DNA of 64,000 nucleotides from a virus. Lineage: Duplodnaviria; Caudoviricetes. Shown here in pieces: positions 53,701 through 61,315 of the stretch. The translations under genes and the position numbers were made by a program. Where the stretch lies: IMG/VR virus record IMGVR_UViG_3300010885_059224, positions 1 through 64,000 of that record; one strand, 5' to 3'. Under the pieces are notes generated by a model. The model searched no databases. It was given only the letters and a program-made list of their open reading frames with translations, and was not told the origin of the DNA. Each line of letters starts with the position of its first letter. Position 1 is the stretch's first letter.

Positions 53701-55757
53701 TGGAACTTAAAAAATTAAACCTAAAGAACTTTAGAACACACCGTAAGCTGGAAATTAATTTCCAGCAGGGTATTACTGGAATTGTTGGCACTAATGGTGC
53801 AGGCAAGTCTAGTATTGTGGAGGCTATAATATTCCTCTTCACTGGTGAGGGCTATGGGTTTAAAGCCGATATGCTTTCAGTTGGTGAAGAATCTGGGTAT
53901 GTTATAGGTCACATAGACATAAATGGCAAAGAGGCAGTATTAGAGCGTCACCTAGATACATCTAAGGTGGCGTTCAAATATGATGGAATAACCTACAAGA
54001 AATCAGGAGAAGTAGCGGAGATTTGGGATAAGCTGTTTCAGATAGACAAGAATATCTTTAAAAATATTGTTGTGGCTAAACAAGGAGACATAGCTCTTCT
54101 TTTCTCTGGCGATAACAGTACAAAGGAAAAGATATTCCAAAAGATCTTTCTCGTTCCTAACACCACAAAGGTAAGGGATGCGATATGGAACAAGTATATC
54201 AAAACAGCTCCTCCTGAATATCCACTGTTAGATGAAAATCAATATACTGCAGAAATATCTGAAATAACACAAACCAGGGATAGTGTGCAGGCAGAGCTAG
54301 TTAAATTCCCTGCCGGGTTATCTGATACTTATGCAAACCTGATATCTAGGTCAAACTATCTAGTTTCTTGCCGTGCCGCTGTGGCTAAGAAAATAGAGAT
54401 AGCGGACAAGATAGCGGCCCTAGAAGCTAGAAAAGAAGAAGTTAACAGCGAGATATCTAAGATAGATGCAAAGTTAGCCACTGTGGATATAGCGGCGATA
54501 ACCTCCTCCCTAGAGAAGCTAAAGCTGAGTAGGCCACTGTACGAGAAGAAAGTAGCATTGGAAAAACAACTATCTGAGCTGAATACCAAGAAACCAGTAG
54601 AGCTCACTGAGGCCGACCTCACAGAGTTAGACAATTTGACTAGTCAGAGAGGGCTACTACAAGCTAGTTATGATGCGCTCTCAAAAGAGTACAATGAGGC
54701 AACTCAAACAATTCAAACATACAGAGAGAAGGGTTTAGTGGATGTTGATAACTGTCCACATTGTGGGTCAACACTCAAAGATATGGGAGAGTATATATCT
54801 CACTTGTCTAAAAAGGTAGAAGACCTGCAGGATAAGATAAAAACAACGCAAACCGAATTCTCAAAAGTTACCACAGATATATCAGACATTGAGTATAGGA
54901 AAACTACGTTTAACGACTGGAATAATGATAACAATAAAGTCCTGGCCGGATTAGACCCTATAAGGGATATCTCTTTCGACCAGAACGACTATGAGATTTA
55001 TTCTGCTGTGGTTAGTCAGTATAGTAGTTTCGTAGAGGCTAAGAAAAAGCTAGACTCTGATTTAACCGAGATAGAGCGTAGTCTGAGGACACAGAACATG
55101 AGTAATATAACTCTAACAACTTACGACTATGCCAAGATCACTATAGAGGTAGAAGAGGAAGATATTGCCAATAAGATAAAAAATATAAAGGCAGATCAGG
55201 AAGCACAGCAGACAAAACAAAATGCATTATCTGGGTATAATAATCTACTAACCCTCAAGCAGGAGGAGCTAGACAGGAACAGCAGAACCAAAGAGCAGAA
55301 CAAGATTAGAAATAAGTACGTTAATATACTTAACGAAATCTATGAAATGCTAGCAACTTCTCAGTTTCCTAGAAAGTTAATACAAACATACAGCTCCACG
55401 GTATCAGAGTACTTATCAGAAAATCTAAGGCAATTTAACTTCCCCTATAGGGCAGAGGTTAATGATAGCTTTGGTATAGATGTATTTGATTACCAGGGTA
55501 GAAAACTACCGTCTGTGTCTGGAGGTCAGGAGATAATGGTTGGCGTGGCGTTGAGGCTCGCCCTACACAGTATGTTCGGTGAAGCATTTCCTATGATGAT
55601 ATTCGATGAGGGTTCTGTGCACCTCTCCCAAGAGAGCAAGAAAAACTATTTCGAAGTCATCAAGAATATGAAGAACATGAGCAAACTGAAACAAATAATA
55701 ATTATCGATCACGACGAGGATCTCTCTGATGTGGTCGACAACACAATTAAATTATGA
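53700..55757 (+). CDS. sbcC: SbcC/Rad50-like ATPase
   Basis: Walker A GTNGAGKSS, Q-loop, zinc hook CPHCG, signature SGGQ, Walker B IFDEG. Confidence 0.9.
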   Translation: MELKKLNLKNFRTHRKLEINFQQGITGIVGTNGAGKSSIVEAIIFLFTGEGYGFKADMLSVGEESGYVIGHIDINGKEAVLERHLDTSKVAFKYDGITYKKSGEVAEIWDKLFQIDKNIFKNIVVAKQGDIALLFSGDNSTKEKIFQKIFLVPNTTKVRDAIWNKYIKTAPPEYPLLDENQYTAEISEITQTRDSVQAELVKFPAGLSDTYANLISRSNYLVSCRAAVAKKIEIADKIAALEARKEEVNSEISKIDAKLATVDIAAITSSLEKLKLSRPLYEKKVALEKQLSELNTKKPVELTEADLTELDNLTSQRGLLQASYDALSKEYNEATQTIQTYREKGLVDVDNCPHCGSTLKDMGEYISHLSKKVEDLQDKIKTTQTEFSKVTTDISDIEYRKTTFNDWNNDNNKVLAGLDPIRDISFDQNDYEIYSAVVSQYSSFVEAKKKLDSDLTEIERSLRTQNMSNITLTTYDYAKITIEVEEEDIANKIKNIKADQEAQQTKQNALSGYNNLLTLKQEELDRNSRTKEQNKIRNKYVNILNEIYEMLATSQFPRKLIQTYSSTVSEYLSENLRQFNFPYRAEVNDSFGIDVFDYQGRKLPSVSGGQEIMVGVALRLALHSMFGEAFPMMIFDEGSVHLSQESKKNYFEVIKNMKNMSKLKQIIIIDHDEDLSDVVDNTIKL

Positions 55758-55963
55758 GCGAAGATAAAAATGAGCTTAAACAAAACTTAATATCTATTGG
55801 TATTTCATTACTATCCATAGCTAGTGCTGCATTAGGTAAGGATAAAAGCGAGACACTAACAGATATTGCCTCTTCTACCTCTGAACGGGTACTGAAAAAG
55901 CAAAAGACTAATAACAGACCACCTAAAAATAATAATGGACGATCAAGAAATCCAAAAGCTTAA
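55754..55963 (+). CDS. Hypothetical protein (69 aa)
   Basis: ATGA overlap with the SbcC stop region. Confidence 0.5.
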   Translation: MSEDKNELKQNLISIGISLLSIASAALGKDKSETLTDIASSTSERVLKKQKTNNRPPKNNNGRSRNPKA

Positions 55964-56126
55964 ATCTTATAGTTTAAGCCCTGTTTGGAGAACTTGTATG
56001 TTCTTGGCTATCATTATTAGTTTTATATTGGACAAGCCTTGGATTAACTTCATTATAGGTGGTTTAGGAGGGGTTCTACTCTATCCTATAGTGGAGAACT
56101 TTCTCAAAGACCTAATAGAAGACTAG
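55935..56126 (+). CDS. Small two-TM membrane protein
   Basis: Two hydrophobic segments CMFLAIIISFIL and INFIIGGLGGVLLYPIV. Confidence 0.55.
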   Translation: MDDQEIQKLKSYSLSPVWRTCMFLAIIISFILDKPWINFIIGGLGGVLLYPIVENFLKDLIED

Positions 56127-56127
56127 A

Positions 56128-57603
56128 ATGCATATAGAAATCACCAGATTCGATGGAGGTCTTAGGTTTAAACCTATTCCGCCATACCTAATGAAGTATC
56201 TCAGGTACCACCATAGGGAAATGCAGTCATTTAACTACAAGAGAGAATGCGTTTTCGTTGAGAAGATGCTCTACTCTGTGGATAGTGACGGATACGCATT
56301 TACCCTCCCTGGGTTCTTCTATCAGATTACCGTGATGATACACAAGAATCACGATACCTATCAGGTGACGGATTTGCGCACACCGCTACCTCCTATAGAT
56401 TGGAATAGAATAAAAGAGTTCAAGTTAAGAGACTATCAGATACCGCTCGTAGCAGACCTTGTATTAAAGGGAGCGGAAGATAGTGGCGTTATTAATGCTG
56501 CAGGTGGTATTGGCAAGACACATCTTGCTGCTATCACTTATGCTGCATGGAATGGCTTGAACACGATATTGGCAATTCCTCTAAAGGAGGTAGTCAGGCA
56601 AACATATCAGAAGTTTAAAATATTCTTCCCGGAGAAACATGTGGGCTTGGTAGGCGATGGAAGTCATGATATTAGCAATGATATCACGATAACCACGTTC
56701 AAGAGTCTGAAGAGTTGTTCCCTGGAAAAATGTGAATTACTTCTGGTAGACGAAATGCAATCCACAGGAAGTCCTACTTTCAAGAATTGCATGGAGATAT
56801 TGCGACCTAAAAGGATGTTTGGTTTTAGTGCTACCACAGACGGCTTGTTTAACAATAGTGACAAGCTATTGGTAGGGCTGTTTGGTGAAGATCTCATATA
56901 TTTTCCATATATGGATGCAGAGGAATCCGGTGCCGTTGTTCCTGGTGTTGTTTATATGCTAAACATGCCCAGGGACTACGAGTTCAACCTGTACAGCTCT
57001 ATAGAGGCGAAAATAAAGCATGGTATAAAATCCTGCGTTGTTCGTCACGAAATGATAGGAGAAGTCTGCAACAACATCCCAGAAGGATGGCAGACAATCA
57101 TATTTGTAGACCATGTAAAGGATCACCTGATTCCATTGTATAAATATCTCCCACCAGGAACAAAATATCTACACAGGGAAAGCAGCAAAAAATCCGTTGG
57201 TACATTCGCACTCACAAACAAGCAACAGAGGGACACAGCCACAGAATTCGCTAATAATGAATTCCAAAGGTTAATTGCTACTGATGCCTTTCGTGCTGGT
57301 GTGGATATTCCAAACTGCCGCGTTGTTATACAGGGTGCAGGAGGTTCATCAAAAGTAGAGGTTCTTCAGGAGGCTCTTCGAGGAAGCAGAATATTAACAC
57401 AAGAACAAAAGGAAAAATTCGGATTAACCGATAAAACTCACTTTGTTCTGGTTGATTTCATGGATAACCATGATCCTGTATTAAACGGAATGGCTAAAAA
57501 AAGAATCCAATACTATAAAGAACAGGGTTGGACAATTCATGAAGTTGACAGGGTTGAACAGATCGACTGGCATAATACCGGCGAAAAAAAGCAACTCAAG
57601 TAA
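56128..57603 (+). CDS. Superfamily 2 helicase (UvsW-like)
   Basis: LRDYQ, AAGGIGKT, VDEMQ, SAT, GVDIP, QEALRGSR. Confidence 0.85.
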   Translation: MHIEITRFDGGLRFKPIPPYLMKYLRYHHREMQSFNYKRECVFVEKMLYSVDSDGYAFTLPGFFYQITVMIHKNHDTYQVTDLRTPLPPIDWNRIKEFKLRDYQIPLVADLVLKGAEDSGVINAAGGIGKTHLAAITYAAWNGLNTILAIPLKEVVRQTYQKFKIFFPEKHVGLVGDGSHDISNDITITTFKSLKSCSLEKCELLLVDEMQSTGSPTFKNCMEILRPKRMFGFSATTDGLFNNSDKLLVGLFGEDLIYFPYMDAEESGAVVPGVVYMLNMPRDYEFNLYSSIEAKIKHGIKSCVVRHEMIGEVCNNIPEGWQTIIFVDHVKDHLIPLYKYLPPGTKYLHRESSKKSVGTFALTNKQQRDTATEFANNEFQRLIATDAFRAGVDIPNCRVVIQGAGGSSKVEVLQEALRGSRILTQEQKEKFGLTDKTHFVLVDFMDNHDPVLNGMAKKRIQYYKEQGWTIHEVDRVEQIDWHNTGEKKQLK

Positions 57604-57620
57604 ACTTCATTTGACAATAC

Positions 57621-57655
57621 GGGGTGTGGTGGAGTAATTTCCATCACACCCTTTT
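57621..57655 (+). terminator. Rho-independent terminator overlapping a possible promoter
   Basis: GGGTGTGGTGGA/TCCATCACACCC stem plus TTTT; TTGACA at 57611. Confidence 0.7.
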
Positions 57656-57667
57656 CAAACACACAAC

Positions 57668-58591
57668 ATGGTAAATACCTACGTACTCAAATTATTAAAA
57701 GAAAGATTTGGAAAAGCCAAAGGAGTAAGTGGTGGTAGTTACAGAGTTAATTGCCCCACCTGTGAGGCAAAGAACGCTAAAAAGATGAAGCGTTATATCT
57801 CTCCTGGATGGGCGGTTAGTAACTGCTTTATCTGTGGTGAGCTATTGAAAGTAAGCGAGCTACTCAAGGGAGACAACTTCAGTTTTGAGTCAGCAGCTCC
57901 TGAGACAGGGGTTAATGATGAACAAAATTATCCATATGCTAAAACTCCTCCATATACAAAGCTGCAGGACTTTAGTTCGTTAGCAGAAGATCATCCGGCT
58001 ATACAATTTCTAAAGAAAGATCATCTTACAAATTTTAATTACTATGCCTCTATAGGTGTAGGATATATACCTGCAGACGGGGGCACAAACCTAACGTTCG
58101 ACTCAGGAACAAAGATCAACACAGCAGAGAGCATACACTTTCCTATATTTCACAGGGGAGAATATGTTGGCTGGCAGATTAGATTTATCCCAGGAACTTT
58201 CAACGGAGACCGTTTTCAGTTCATGAGATACCTTCATCTTTTCCCCAAAGGCAATTATTTATTCAACTACGATAATGCCAAGCTGCATCATCCACATGTT
58301 ATTGTGGTTGAAGGAGCTAAGAAGGCATTAAAGGCAATGAACGCTGTTGCTACTTTAGGAAAAGGTATATCACACACACAAAAACAGTTGATTCAAGAAT
58401 GGAAGAAGATTACATTGATCCTCGATGGCGAAGACAATACCCAAGAAAAGGCCAGGGAGTTGGCAGAAGAGTTTAGGATCAACGGCCGTCAGTGTATTAA
58501 TGTTGATCCTAGAGATTATGGCTTTGATTCTCCCGATGAAGCTACAACAGAGGAATTAAACAATATCGTCACATCATTATGGAACAAATAG
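57668..58591 (+). CDS. DNA primase (zinc finger plus TOPRIM)
   Basis: CPTC..CFIC, FPI..GWQIR, YLFNYD, IVVEG, AVATLG, LILDG. Confidence 0.75.
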   Translation: MVNTYVLKLLKERFGKAKGVSGGSYRVNCPTCEAKNAKKMKRYISPGWAVSNCFICGELLKVSELLKGDNFSFESAAPETGVNDEQNYPYAKTPPYTKLQDFSSLAEDHPAIQFLKKDHLTNFNYYASIGVGYIPADGGTNLTFDSGTKINTAESIHFPIFHRGEYVGWQIRFIPGTFNGDRFQFMRYLHLFPKGNYLFNYDNAKLHHPHVIVVEGAKKALKAMNAVATLGKGISHTQKQLIQEWKKITLILDGEDNTQEKARELAEEFRINGRQCINVDPRDYGFDSPDEATTEELNNIVTSLWNK

Positions 58592-59121
58592 GTAATCCAC
58601 AAATTCAAGAATTAAAAACTCGGATAGAGAATGAGTATGTTCGTTTACGTGGCTTGGTGCAATCCCACTACTTATACAACAGTACTCCTGCCCACGATAA
58701 GGCATTCAAGAAAGCTGCAGAATTCTGCAAACTTCAAAGAATAACACCAGAGCAATATGCAATGGGGTTGTTTCAAAGCCTGAGTGGTCACCAGGAAAAT
58801 TTCTATCCTAGTTATTTTGGGTCGGCTTCTGGAAATCAGGCGGCACTCACATATAGCAAGGAATATTGCGTACACCCATCAGATCTATACGAGCATCAGA
58901 AAGAAATGCTTAGGAGACATGTTGTTGACTTAGGAAAAGATCCTATAGAGACATTATTGAACCCCAGGCTGAGCTTCTATGCTTGGTTTAGGATACTCGC
59001 CACCAAAGAACCGGTCCCTGAAATTATCAGGTTATATAGTGAAACAGCGAAGAAAGAAGCTTCACCTGAGCTGGTTGCCTTTCTTCGTGAACAAAACTTG
59101 TCGGTTAATAGAATAATATGA
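58579..59121 (+). CDS. Hypothetical replication-cluster protein (180 aa)
   Basis: Overlaps both primase and helicase genes. Confidence 0.6.
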   Translation: MEQIGNPQIQELKTRIENEYVRLRGLVQSHYLYNSTPAHDKAFKKAAEFCKLQRITPEQYAMGLFQSLSGHQENFYPSYFGSASGNQAALTYSKEYCVHPSDLYEHQKEMLRRHVVDLGKDPIETLLNPRLSFYAWFRILATKEPVPEIIRLYSETAKKEASPELVAFLREQNLSVNRII

Positions 59122-60545
59122 TTAATGATATATATCAAGACGGTGACTTCATGGAGTTGGTTATAAAGCATATCGTAAGAGATGCAAAAGTATTCAACCT
59201 AGCCAAAAGCTTAAAAATAGTCCCAGAAGATCTAGGAGGTGTGGATGTATACAGAGCATTCATACAAATAGCCCTGGATGTTAATGAGGCGCCTATCAAT
59301 CCTAAGCTCATGCTTATCAAGTTGAAAGAGGCAATTACTAATGGCAAGATAAGCCAAGGACAGCAAGAGCAGATAGGGGATTTTCATGGGTATATCTATA
59401 ATGATGATCCATTGAATTCTGATTATATAATAGAGCACTTGCCGAAAATGTTAAAAGCCAGAAGATTTGGGGCTATCCTCAGGGGTGATACCAAAGATGC
59501 TGACTCAGTAGCTGCCAGTTTGAACTCATTAGTATTTGATTTCAAAAATGCATCTAGTAATGGAGAAGAGATGACATTCAATCCTTTTGAGCGTCCTATA
59601 TTCGCCGAGCATAAGAAAACGTTCCCAACAGGATTCAAGGATATCGACGCTATAATCAAGGGATTAGGTGTACAGGAATACGGAATAATCCTTGGTTATT
59701 CTGGTGGGGGTAAAACCGCAATGGCAATACACTCAGCAATAGAAGCAGCAAAGCTAGGTTACAAGGTTATGTTCCTAAGCATGGAAGAACCAAAAGAGCC
59801 TATATTCGCCAGAATATATGCAAACTACTTTCATGTGAGCTATTCTGATCTACACCATGGAAAAGCTATTGCTCAGTCTGAGGTAATGAGTAAATGGCAT
59901 GATATGACTAACGACGAGAAAGAAGTGATGGCGAATATCAGAGTTATTAACATGAAAGATAGTGATGTTGAAACCGCCAAAGATATAGCAAACTTCTTGG
60001 ACAGAGAAGCGGAAAAGTCAGGGTTTATTCCTGAGGTTGTGTATATAGACCAGATGGACTATATGGAACCGTCCAAAACCTACGATGCTCAATGGCAGAA
60101 ATACGAGACTATCTCTTTTGAGGTAGAGGAGCTTTCTAACCATCTAATCCTAGGAGAACATAAATTCTCTGTGTGGTTACTTCACCAGGCCACAGGAAAA
60201 ATGAAAGGACACTTCAGTAACGCTGAAATATCCGGATTCAAGGGTGTTATCAAACCTGCAGATATAGTTGTTGGTATAGGTAAAGACAGCCCAGATGCAA
60301 AGATAGCAAATATCTTTTCTCTGAAGTCTAGACATACCAAGAACTTCTTCGTACCTCACAGAGCCAATATGGAATTCATGAGGTTTGATACCGCAGATGT
60401 TGGAGGAGAAGCAAGAGAACAAATCGAACTCGAACTTGTGCCTAAACTCACAGGTAAGAAAAACAAAAAATCAAAACAAACAAGTTTCAAGAACATACCT
60501 GAAAAGGAGGAGTTACTTCCTTCCCCTAACGGTAAATTCATGTAA
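59118..60545 (+). CDS. dnaB: DnaB-like replicative helicase
   Basis: PTGF..ID, GYSGGGKT, FLSMEE, YIDQMDY, LHQ, KSR. Confidence 0.85.
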   Translation: MINDIYQDGDFMELVIKHIVRDAKVFNLAKSLKIVPEDLGGVDVYRAFIQIALDVNEAPINPKLMLIKLKEAITNGKISQGQQEQIGDFHGYIYNDDPLNSDYIIEHLPKMLKARRFGAILRGDTKDADSVAASLNSLVFDFKNASSNGEEMTFNPFERPIFAEHKKTFPTGFKDIDAIIKGLGVQEYGIILGYSGGGKTAMAIHSAIEAAKLGYKVMFLSMEEPKEPIFARIYANYFHVSYSDLHHGKAIAQSEVMSKWHDMTNDEKEVMANIRVINMKDSDVETAKDIANFLDREAEKSGFIPEVVYIDQMDYMEPSKTYDAQWQKYETISFEVEELSNHLILGEHKFSVWLLHQATGKMKGHFSNAEISGFKGVIKPADIVVGIGKDSPDAKIANIFSLKSRHTKNFFVPHRANMEFMRFDTADVGGEAREQIELELVPKLTGKKNKKSKQTSFKNIPEKEELLPSPNGKFM

Positions 60546-61090
60546 TGCAAATACACTCCCAAGATAGTATATTCTTTGCTCTTGGAAAAGCTAACCATAC
60601 AAAGGACTATATTGTCTTGGGAGTCTTTGACTTCTTGGATAATGAAGTCGTAGGGAAACATCCCTTCGACATGAAATATACGTTCGGAAAGTATACATGC
60701 TTATCCAGGAGTTTTGACGCGGTTTATCTAGTATCAGCATCTTATTCAGACGCACACGGAAAAGATCTAATAAGATTCTCATGCCAGTTGGGTAGGGATG
60801 ATTATGAAATCATTTCAGAAAGAAAGATAGGTGGGTTATTCATGGACAGCTCTGATGAGAGCATGAATGTAAACTATCCTAGAGTATTCGATAGCTCTAT
60901 AGAGCCCCACTTATGCCTAAAGGTAGAAAAAGGCGTGGTGTACGAGAAAACAGAAAATAAATTCACAGGAGTGAGCTGGAGAGAAGCAGGGCTAGATATT
61001 ACTAATGACGTAGGAATATTTGGAAATATCATGCTTAATCTTTTCGGGGAACTACCAAAACAAGAAGATTACGACGAATATGACGAATAG
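60545..61090 (+). CDS. Hypothetical protein (181 aa)
   Basis: TAATG-coupled to the helicase gene. Confidence 0.6.
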   Translation: MQIHSQDSIFFALGKANHTKDYIVLGVFDFLDNEVVGKHPFDMKYTFGKYTCLSRSFDAVYLVSASYSDAHGKDLIRFSCQLGRDDYEIISERKIGGLFMDSSDESMNVNYPRVFDSSIEPHLCLKVEKGVVYEKTENKFTGVSWREAGLDITNDVGIFGNIMLNLFGELPKQEDYDEYDE

Positions 61091-61307
61091 TGAGAAAAGA
61101 CAACACACGTTCACAGTAACAACACCATCTTGGATGACTGCTCCACATACCACAGTACACTTCAATATGTTTACTGACGCTACCCTACCCGAGGCCATAG
61201 AATCATTTGAAAGATTCTTGTTGGCTCTTGGGTATAGCTTGCCGGATGGAGCACATCTTGGATATGAATACCACGAACCATCCACAGGTATAGATTTAGA
61301 AAAATAA
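61080..61307 (+). CDS. Hypothetical protein (75 aa)
   Basis: ATG at 61080; TLPEAIESFERFLLALGY pattern of small phage proteins. Confidence 0.55.
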   Translation: MTNSEKRQHTFTVTTPSWMTAPHTTVHFNMFTDATLPEAIESFERFLLALGYSLPDGAHLGYEYHEPSTGIDLEK

Positions 61308-61315
61308 TAAAACAC

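Noticed and set aside
55935-56126. Holin
   Set aside because: Two TM segments fit, but there is no endolysin nearby and it lies in the replication cluster
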